Source: Octopus vulgaris (taxonomy: Eukaryota). Taken from it: a stretch of 64,000 nt of DNA. Shown one piece after another: positions 12,401 through 23,932 of the stretch. Numbering within the stretch: the first letter of the stretch is position 1; every line of letters starts with the position of its first letter. A program made the translations under genes and the position numbers. The stretch lies in the NCBI GenBank assembly GCA_951406725.2, contig OX597830.1, positions 22,072,001 through 22,136,000 on the forward strand, given 5' to 3'. The notes beneath the pieces are model-generated. The model saw only the letters and a program-made list of their open reading frames with translations. It had not been told where the DNA came from and did no database searches.

Positions 12401-15400
12401 ACATCTGATGAACTCACTCGGATTGTTACTATTTATATTTTACTCGGACCAGTCTATCTCTTGCAAGATGTCATAACTCTCAAAACAACAGCTCCCCTTT
12501 TGAGATTTCAACTAGTGAGAAAGTGGAATTAAAAATGTTTTTCCTTCCAGCACCTCTCTATCTTTTTTTTTTTTTTTAGCTGTTCTGCCTTAATTGTTGC
12601 CCGACTTTTAAGGTAGTATTGTTTGTTGCACATAGCACTTTTTCTTTACGTCTATACTAAACACTCGTTAGCACTCTTGTTTTTTTTTTTTATTTTTGAA
12701 AATTTAATATCTTTTTCATTTAGGTATTATTGCCAGATATTCAGCTTGTTTTTGCTTGCTAATTTTCACAATAACAACCTCATTTTTGTTTGTCCGCCCA
12801 TGATTTGCAATCTTGCTTAAAACTCTCCTTGTACCTTCTGTAGAACAATGCAAAAATTTATATCTTCCTCTGGGTTATAACTGAATTCATTAATCAAGTT
12901 TGAAACATCGTCTAGCGAAAATGAACTTACCTCATTTTGGGACTTTTTTTTAACATAGTTCCAATAATTGTTGTTGTAATAGTTGCTTCTGCAACTGTTG
13001 TTGCTGCTCTTCTACTTGCTTTTGCAACTGTACTATGGAAGCTAATAGGACTTCTATTATTTAACTAGTTGTATCACGAACAAATTGCTAAATAACCTTG
13101 TTGCCAGATGTCATAATGCAATTTGTTATGTACAATAAATAAGACAACCACACAACAGTAACAACAATGTAACAAACTAATAATCGATATTCCTTGTGAA
13201 CTAACCAACCGACTTCACTCGGACCAGTCTATCTCTTGCAAGTGACGTAATTCTCATCACAACAGTATCAGACCCTAGGAAGTCCCCAGAGCATTTAAGA
13301 GGATCAATTTGCTATTCATCCTTGATCTTTATGGCACATGAGCATCTTCCACATACAAACACTACTGTTGCTGTTAATCTTCCGATGATCCCACTGCACT
13401 TCATGGGTTTCCACAGTTAGTAAAGGGTACATTATAAGGATTTCCTGCCTACACCCTTCCTACATATTAAAGCAGGGCCATTTACATGATGTAAGTAGTT
13501 CTTGCTTACTCGAACCTTGGTCTTGCTAAGTTAACTTTAAGGCCCTTCAATTTCAGGTTTTGCTTCCATGCCTGGAATTTCTTTTCTAATTCTGTTGCAG
13601 ATTCTGTAGTGAGAGGGAAATCCTCAGCATATACTTGTTCACAGCGGTATCCGGTCTTGAATTTTTCTGTTATGGCCTGGAGAGCAGTGATGATTAGGAG
13701 GGAACTGAGCCCTGGTGAATGCCTACCTGTATGATAAACTGACCACTGTACTCACAACTAATTCTCACCTTACTGACAGCATCCCTGTAAATAGTTTTTA
13801 CTGGTTTCAAAAGCCATTCATCTACCTATAGCTTCCTCGGAGACTCCCATATCACAGACAGAGGGACTCTGTCAAAGGCTTTCTTTCTCCATGTCAACAA
13901 ATGCCAAGTACACCAGTTTACTCTTCGCTAAATACTTCTTGTACAGTTGTCTGAGAAGATAGCATCAGTAGTACTTCTCCCTAACACAAACCTAAACTGT
14001 ATTTCATCTAACCTGTTTCTAATTAATTGGGCTATAACACACTCTTTCTCTCTATATATCTCTCTGACTTTCATTACCTGGTTCAGCAATTTGACACCTC
14101 TGTAATTACTTCTCTCTAAGGCATCTCCTTAATATTTGTAGCAGCTAACTATAACGCTGCTACACTAGCCATTGGTGATGACAACTTCCTGAATAGCTTG
14201 ATTAATTATACAGGTGACTAGACCATAACCTACTCCAACAGATATTTTAAGCATCTCAGTGGTAATTCCCGATGGACTAAGGCTTTGCCCATCTCCACAT
14301 CCTTTATTGTTTTATCTATCATACTGCTGTCAACTTGGATAGCTGCTCCCTCAGTTGGGTTCAAACTGGGAAGACTCCCTTTCTCACATTTAATAGCCTT
14401 TCCTAGTAACACTTCCAAACCTCTTTCCTTACAAAGTCACTAAGTGCAAGCATACCATTTACCCATCTATACCCATTTATCACCCACAGCATCTCAGTTC
14501 TCTTTGATATCTTGTCCAGCAATTTGGAACACCTATCATTTCTGATCCTCATGTGAGACATTAGCAAATCTTTCTTTCTACTTCTGCTCTTGCTAGATAG
14601 ACCTGTCACCTACCTTCCCTGTCAGTCACCTCCATTTCCACTACTTTTAAATCTGTCTTTTCTCTTTTATGATCCTGTCTACTTCACTAATCCACCATCA
14701 TGTCACCCTTGGTCTGACAAGCTTTGTTCCAGTCACATATCACGTGTTGCCCTCATTAAATTATATACATAATAGAATTAGGTAATAATGACATTGTCTC
14801 CATCACCCATAACTTACCGAGATTCATTCTGGAATGGAGGTTCAAATCTAGGAAGGTTCCTGGAATTCATCATCCTGCGTCTTTTGGGTTCATCCCAGAG
14901 CTCTCCCTTACGTGGGTTCTTTCGATCTGGTGGTCTCTGCACAGAATGCGTCATTTCTTCCAGCCTATTTTAAACAACAAACAACACTACTGGGTCATTG
15001 TCTTGCTTCCTTCATTATGAGATCAAAAGATCAACATTACAATATCTTTTCGTACATTTGTTATTTCATACGTATGAATCTCATTTGAGGTTACTTTCCA
15101 CAATTAGGAAAAGGTCCTACATCCTAATCACCAATGCCACAAACAAAACAAACAAGAAATTATACAAACGGAAATCAAAAAACATTATCAGATTAAGTAA
15201 GTGATATCAAAGATTATCAGAAAAAAATAAAACAGACATTAAGTTGATATAGTAAGAGTAATATATCACAAACTGTCTCTTACCGCAACATTTCAGCACA
15301 GCGCATCTCTACACTACGTCTTTCCATTTTGAGAATTTCTTTTTCCATTCTGTATTTTAGTAGTTTTTCTTTCTCCAGCTTCATTTTCTCCAGCCTGAGA

Positions 15401-18400
15401 AGTATGAAAGAATATAAAGATATCAAGAATTTAAACAAAGAACAAAACAAAAATGAAAGTTTACACACACCAATCTGTAGCTACTCCGACATGCATTACT
15501 CAACAGAATATCCAAGAGACTGCTAGAAATCTTAAATCATAGAACATCTTCATTCAAAAATCTTAAAGAATATATGTATTAGATAAGATGGTTCTATAGA
15601 TAGCCATAAAAACAGGATGGTCACAGTTGGAATACTTTTGATCATGATAACTAAAAAACATAGAGAACAGTTCACCACAATAATAATCAAGGAGCTGTAT
15701 GTCTGACAAATATTTTGTTTAATTTCTGCTGCTAAGCTGAATTCTCCTTTAGGTTTCAAAAGAACAGTGAGGAAAGCTACTCCAAATATACAATATTCTC
15801 TTCATCTCTATACAGAATCAAAAGTTTTCAATGGTCTGCAACAAACTCATTGGATTAATGGATCTCATGAGTAAATATGTCACTCAATACATCTTACATA
15901 TTCTGATCATTTTCTTCTCCTTGAATATCTTCCTTCTTTCAACATACACTTAAAATGACACATCCCCTGCTCTTGTGATGAATTTCCTAATTCCCCATAA
16001 GCCACAGTTTCTATCTAAAAGATCTTTGAAATATCTTTAGAGTTGCACCAGAAGAGAAGAGTAGTATTTAAAGTGCTTTCTCAGTGTGTCCAAGACTATT
16101 AGAAGGAGGGAAGAACTTATTTTTAGATCAGAGACCCATCATGAAAGTGAAAGAGTGTGTACTCTGTTAAAAGCCTCCAAGAACCAGATGTGGAGTTAAA
16201 CCAGGTGACGGAAGTATTCTGTCACAAAAACTGGAGTAGTCCCTCAGACAAGGTTTAATGTTTCTATCTAAGAAATTTCACTGACAAAGCATTGGTCAAC
16301 CTGAGCTTATGATACAAGACACTTGCCTGATGTGCTGCACAGTGACAGTGAACCTGAAATCATGTCGTTGTTAAATAAATTTAACCATACAATGATGGAA
16401 TCCAACATTAAGCAATTATGATTTCAGTGGAATTTCAACGAACCTTAACTGCTCCCGCATAATGTCCAATCTTATGGCCTCCTCTTGCTGTTGTTTTTCC
16501 ACATCCTTCTGAAGCTTTAAAGCTAATCCAAGATTTTGTGACCGACGTTTCTCCTGTGCTTTCGGGCCCTTTTTTCTCCAGCGTGCAGTCTTCTGTCGTT
16601 TCTCCTGAAGTTTGTTGGAAATTTTCATTTTCTTTTGAAAAAAATGGAAAATGAAATGAGAATAACTTTCAAGTACCAAAAATAAAACATAATGTACAAA
16701 AGAAAATATAAAACAACTGATCCTACAGGACAATATCTTACAAAGGCATGAAATATGTTAAGTCTAGAATCAAACATCACAATGAATCAGACATCCCAGA
16801 TTCATCATCGAGCGGTTGGCATTAGGAAGGGCATCCAGCTGTAGAAACTGCCAGATCAGATTGGAGCCTGGTGCAGCCATCTGGCTCGCCAGTCCTCAGT
16901 CAAATCATCCATGGAAAGCAGACGTTAAACAATGATGATGAGATTAATATAGCATAATATTGCTTTCAAATTTTGGCACTAGGCTAGCTATTTCATGGAA
17001 GGGGCTAAGTCAATTAAATCAACCCCAGTGCTCAACTTTTACTTATCAACCCTGAGAGGAAGAATAGTAAAGTTGACCCCAGCAGCAATTGAACCCAGTA
17101 TTTTGCCTGGGGTGCTAACAATTCTGCCAGCTCATTACCCTAGATTGATTAATATAACAATATTAACATAACACTATAAAACATCCCATAGATTATAGCT
17201 ATTCAGTATAATACTGAATACCACTCCATAATATCATAATATCTCTTGATAAAGAACAAAAGAATTTTTCCTTAGGGCTGTCAGTCATTCTTTTGTCTTA
17301 ATTCATTTTCCATACTAGAATAAGACTTGCGTTCTCCTCCTCCTGTTAATCATTCAAGACGTAGAAGCAAAACAGACAAAGCATGGAAAGTTGACTTATT
17401 TGTAGTGTTTCAGGTGAAAGATCAGAAGCTCCTTCATACATGCACATCAACATCAGCACTATTTTCTGGCTGGAACCATTTCAACTTTTGCACACATGCA
17501 CAGCAGAACCAGAAGGAAGTCAAGAAAGATAATAATTTTAAGTAATATGGCAAATATACTTCACGATGTGTTGCAGCTACTGTTTATAACTAGCTCTCAG
17601 ATTTATTATTGCTTGTTTACACTTTTTCGATATCGGTGTCTTTACGTCACTGGAAAAAGGATATATATTTGCAAAGGGAACCAAAATTTTCATCGACAAC
17701 TGTGATTGTCACACGCTGCTGACGGGTCAACACCCAGAAACAAGTCCGTGTGTATCATAGGTTGAAGACGGGAAGGATGGCTTCCCTTTGCAAATACTGA
17801 TAGGGCACTGAAAGTGTGCCTATAGCCAGCTGGAGGAGGTGTCCTCCTGGAGCAACAAGCTACAGTAGCATCCACCCTTAGGGGTTAGCCATATTTGAAT
17901 GGCAAATATACTTCATAATACTAAGATAAATATTCATAAACACACATTTTTTAATGTGCCATCACATAACATCCTCTATGAGCAGTTTACCATCAGGCAA
18001 CAACTTACTGTACCTCTGTCAACTCATGTCCAAAGGTCTTTCCAATACCACCAGGTTCAAACTTACATCAAGCAATTATAATTCCACAGCAATCATACAT
18101 AATAAACTATTCTCCTTAATGGTAAACTCAACCTATATTCATAATGAATAGGAATAGCTAACAGAATAATCAACTAGAAAGTACCGGAAACTAATGAGAT
18201 TCAATATTTTCAAAAGAAGAATAGTGTGATTTTTCTGACTTTTAAACTCCACCTTTGAGAGTGCTTATTTACAATCTTTACTTTTACACTACATTCCAAT
18301 CAGTTTGAGCTTTGACTATCCTAAAAAAAAAAAAATATTCTTGAATGTACATATCTACCTACATCCACTTCTTTAAATAGCTAGCCACATATATATCTCA

Positions 18401-21400
18401 ATCTCCTGCAACAAGTGACAATGCAAAAACACACACACACACACACTTTAATAGCCAACCATCTATATAACTACAGTTACTTAACACAACTTCACTCAAA
18501 AGTTGATGTACATCTATGTCAAGAAGTGACCTTTCTGCATCCCAATAGTAACACTTCCATATTCTGTCTCTCATATCCACACACATACACACACAACCTT
18601 CTCTCTGTCCCTACACCACCTGTTCCTATTTCCCAATGGAAATATGTTTTACTTCTTTCACTTTTGTCCCTACAACTTGAACTCACACTCCCCACAATTG
18701 AATCTATTAAGAGGAGAAAAGGAACAAACAAAGCTGATCACATATTCTTAATTCAATGGCTGACCATTTGGTTTATAAACAAAACAATGAATTCAGGATG
18801 TCTCACCCTTTCAACTGTTAATTTCATACCATTCACATGAGATTTATTCAACCACATTATACATTGCAAAGCTTCGGCCTCAGTAGACATAGTAACAAAA
18901 GCATGACATCGAGTACCAGATTTCCGTGATCGTGTAATCATTTGGCAATCCGCCACCTAAGAGAGAATAAAGAGTCAAAATTTTATGCATGAAAAATTCA
19001 GTATGTACTCAGCTTCATAGTCAACACCAACAGTATCATCCCCAATAGTAGTCCATCGGTCTCAAGAGGCCGTGGATCTGTGCCCAAAGAAATCATGTCA
19101 GCTGCTGATGGTTGTGCAGCGTCTGTTGTGGCTGTACAGACCCACACAGGAGTGGTAGTCATGCATGCTGAGACTACATCTGAAGGCGCTCTCTGCTGGT
19201 GTTGCTGATTTTTCATCCCCTCTCTTCATTCCCTTTTGCAACCTCCTCCTATCTCAGGACGTCCAGATCAAGCAACTTCATATCTCTCTTACAGACGTCT
19301 TTGAAATGAAGATGAGGTCCTCCTCATACTATTGTGCTGGTAACCAATTTCCCGTACAGGTCTTTTGGGATCCTTTCGTCTGGCATGTGATGAACATGAC
19401 CGAACCAGCTCAAACGACACTGCTGGAGCAAGAGGTGTATGCTGGGTATCTTGGCTCGGTTGAAGACTTCGGCGTTGGTGATGTGGTCAGTCCACTTGAT
19501 GTCCAAGATGCCTCTTTAATTGCGAAGGTGAAAGACGATGAGACGCCGCTCCTGTCTAGGGTAGAAGCTCCACGTCTCACTGCCATAAAGTAGCATACTT
19601 TATAGATAACAATTTGGGTGTTTGCAGCCAGATTTTTGTTTTCCAAGACTCTCTTTCTGAGCCTGGCAAATGTGGAAGATGCTTGTCCAATTTACCTGTT
19701 GATCTCAGGGTCCAGGGAGAGGTCATCAGCAATGGTAGAGCTGAGATAGGTAAATTGATGGACTACCTCGAGCTTGTAGTTGTTGATGATGATGGTGGGA
19801 GCATGCTTGACCTATTACTTGGGTCTTCTTCAGACTGACAGTCAGGCTCAATTTATGACAGGCCTTCGAGAGTTTATCCATGAGGTGTTGTGTTTGCTCT
19901 TCAGAGAGTGCTGCTGCATCGTAAGCAAACAGCATACCCTAGCGCACCCTGGATTTTGCTTTCAGCCTCAACAGACTGCCACTTGACCTGGGATGGAGGT
20001 AAACACCAGCAATTGATGTCCCAAATTCATGTTTCAGCATGACTACAAAGAAAATGTCAAATATTGTGGGGGACCAAATGACCCTCACCTTTCATTCTTT
20101 CTTTTTCTCTCTGTCTCTATTTTTTTTTTCATAGGTGCCAGATGTCAGGCCTTTGGCAACTAAACCGACAACACCATAGAGCTTGTTCTGGGAGGGTGTT
20201 TTTTCTTGCTATTTGGTCACCCTGCGGGAATAAATACAAGACCTGTCAAAAGGCAAATGGACTCTCAAGAGCCAATGGCCATCCAAATAAGCAATTATCT
20301 TTACAAGTTATACTGCTTATTAAGCCCTTATCTGCTTAAGACAGCAGCAATAAATAATGACTCCACTGCCTTGCAGCAATACCAACTTAAAGGAAAGGCT
20401 CCAGGAGTAAACCCTGAGGATAAACCAGGTGCCAGAGTCCCTAAGGCAGCTCGATGTTGTAGATAACCTTGTTCTGGCAACTCCTGCAACCGCACTGGTG
20501 CTAAGCCGTATTGGCCCCTGCCCTTCCCTTGGATAACACTGGTGGTGGTGGAGAGAGGAGACATGTCGCCAATCTCCCACGAAAAACTGCCCATCTAACC
20601 ATGGCAGCAAAACACAGAATTTGAACTCAGAACATAAAGACAATGGAATACCAAGTATTTTGCCCAGCATGCTAACATTTCTGCCAGCACGCCTCCTTCC
20701 CCAATAACAATATATCAATTCTAAATTGTCATAAGAATGATGCTGTAGATTTTAAGTAAAACTCACTTCAGGAAGCAGGAGAAGGAAATAGCCGAGATTA
20801 CCATATTTGATGGCATAAAAGACACATGGACATATTGGATGTGCCTCAATTTCAGCAGTAATACCCACAAGAGAAAGTTTTTAGTGCATTGAAGTAATAC
20901 AAGCCCAATATTGCATACAGGACTAAGGGTGACTATTTGAAATATTTCTCTAAAATGCATTTTATATACCATCAAATGCAGTAATTTTTGTTCTAGTGAT
21001 TTGAACCCAAGGAAAGGGCGGTATCTATGGTGTTAAGAGGCTCCGAGACAGCTGCAATAAAAGAATTGCAGGAAGCCAACATTCTGAGGAAAAAGGGACT
21101 GAGAATAGAGATTAGTGTGGAGTATGGGGTTAGGTTTAGAAACAAGCGAGTAAGGGCTGTTCAATTGGAAGTGACACAACACAAGCTAGCACCAAAGAAC
21201 AAGTTTTGCTCAAGTAACTAACTGTTGCAAAAGCAAAGAGAGAAGCCAACATATCTTTCGATTAGAGGTTGGAGAGTACTGGCAAGAAAATCAGATGATT
21301 TTGGGGGAGGAGTTAGAGTATATTCTGTCTCTACAGTGGAAATCCAGTCTTTGTGATTACAGGCGTTGCTATGTTGAATTTATGCGTTCACTGAGGCTAA

Positions 21401-23886
21401 GCTTTTGTAGAGACTTTGAAGGTTCAGCTGTGTGCTATTTATGTCTCGGAGACTGATGATGATGATTGTTGGCGGAGGAGTCAAGGTTGGCATAATCCTG
21501 TTGAAAAATGTTTTCAAGGACTAGGATCAAGTTAGTATAGATTTTGTACAATCTTAAGGACTATTCTTGGGGGCAAACAGTGAGATAGGATTCAATAGTA
21601 CCTACTCCTGCACAAGCTTTGTTGAAGATGATGGAAAGTAAATGACTGATGTTTAAAAAGACAAAACTAAACCTTTGGTACACCAATGTTGACAGAATGT
21701 GTGTCTAAGAAAGCTCTATGTGCAGGCTGAGTGATTTGACAGGAAATTTTCAATTAATAAACTTATGGATGGTTAGATTTGCTGAGAGACTTACAAGCCA
21801 GGCACAGTTGAAGGCATGACTGATGTCAAAGAACAACACTGTTGTTTGCACCAAAGGTTTTTGTTAAAAGTAAAACCCCACTGGTAAGAGACAAATGAAT
21901 AGGTCTGCAGCGAATACGTCTATTCAAAAGCCTTACTGGTAGTCATTAAGGAGGGAGAGACATTTAAACGGCTGGAACAGATGGTTGTTAGGACTTTCTT
22001 TATCACATTTGAAATGTTGGAAGTGAGTATAGTTCGACAATTGTTGGTGTTTGTAGCACAATTCCAAAGACTGCAATATATCATGGTGTACTTGCAACAG
22101 AGCAAACCCCATAGAAAGCATCAACGATTTTTAGGAGTGTACACATTTGATGAACCTACTGAATGAAAAAAAGAGAAAAACGCCTGACGACCCTACATGA
22201 TTACTCATTATCTGCAGGATGACAAGACACACATTAGACTGGTGTTGATATTTTGAATACTCACAAGGCTTTGATTGGCCCAGGACACTCACTCATGGTG
22301 CTATGCAGTGACAAAATTTGAAGAGATAAATTGAACGAAGCCTCTGTCTATGTGTGTGTGTGTCTGTCAGTCTCTCTCTCTGTCTGTCTTGATGTCGCAT
22401 GATTGTTGTAAATGAATGCAAAAACATGTCTGGCCATCAGGGAAATATTGCCTTGCTTGGTAACAAGTAAGGGCTGATGACAGGAAAAGCATCTGACTAG
22501 AAAATCTTCAGTAGACTCTGCCCAACCCATAAAAGCATGGAAAAGTGGATATCAAAACAATTGTGAAGACCATGACAATCATTATTAATAAATAACAATT
22601 ATTGAAGGATGAAAACAGATTTCATTCAACATACCTTGCCATATTTGCTAAAAATTGCGGTTAGGAATTTATCAGAGACATTTGCAGGAAAACCACTGAC
22701 CCACAAATTCCGATTGGCTTGGTTGTTGCCTATTAATATAAGAATGTATCAATAAATACAAAAAGATGATGAGGAAATGCAACCCAGTAAGGTCAGAATT
22801 TCAAATAATTCAAAGAAAAGCAACAAGCTTAGAAAGTAAGCAAAGAGAATGTGAGAAAACATGCAAAAGAAAAAAGAAATTACCTTTTTTGGCAGCTTTG
22901 GGCTTAGAAACCAAAGAACTGTAACAATAAAATAATTATTTAGAAATAGCATCATCATCATCAATGGAGAATTTTAAAGGACTTTAATGGATTATAATTT
23001 CAACATTGATGCAAGTGAAAACTGGCAAACCTACACCATACAACTTTACATTAATGTGCTTGATCTAAATAAATACACTGTATATCTGTGTGAGTGCATG
23101 TGTATATATATATATATACATATCAGGGACATACTGCCTGGGTGCGTGTGAAGGTGCGTGGCTCAGTGGTTAGAGCGTCAAACTTATAATCATGAGGTTG
23201 TGAGCTCGAATCCCGGACCGGGCTGCGTGTTGTGTTCTTGAGCAAGACACTTTATTTCACGTTGCTCCAGTTCTCTCAGTTGTAGAAATGAGTTGCGACG
23301 TCACAGGTGCCAAGCTGTATCGGCCCTTGCTTTTCCCTTGGATAACACTGGTGACGTGGAGAGGGGAGGCCGGTATGCATGGGCGACTGCTGGTCTTCCA
23401 TAAAACAACCTTGCCCAGACTTGTGACTAGGAAGGTAACTTTCTAGGGGCAAGCCCATGGTCAGTGTCTGACCGAAGGGGGTCACACATCACACACTGCC
23501 TGGGTAGGCAAGGTAGGCAGTACCTACCCTAAATAAAATAGATCGATAGTAATATTTTCCTTTACGGCAAAATATGCACCTAATTCAATAAAATTATGAA
23601 GGTTACTCTGATTACTATGCATAAAATACAAAATATTTTATTTTTTTGTAGATTAGGTAGGCATAATTTGTCCCTGCCTTTCAATCTCAGTATTAAAGCT
23701 ACGCATAGAACTGCTGTAGTACACATGCTGCGTACATTCCTACAACGTTTTCTTTACGTGCTATAAAAGAGTAAGTAAATCTGTCTACAACTCAATCGCA
23801 TGCCTATGTTTCACATTATTTTTTTATGTGTTTAAATACATAAAGGCACCAACCGCCTACCCTGAATAATTACTGATGGCACATGC

Positions 23887-23932
<46 letters not shown>

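Noticed and set aside
18519-18731. Strong-looking acceptor near 18705 as a missing SAFB-A exon
   Set aside because: In the required phase 0 it reaches TGA after six codons and does not resemble the copy B exons
23150-23222. tRNA-like sequences with A and B boxes (also 33510 and the family A heads)
   Set aside because: They continue into repeat bodies with tails and TSDs and show no clean cloverleaf, so they are SINE heads, not tRNA genes
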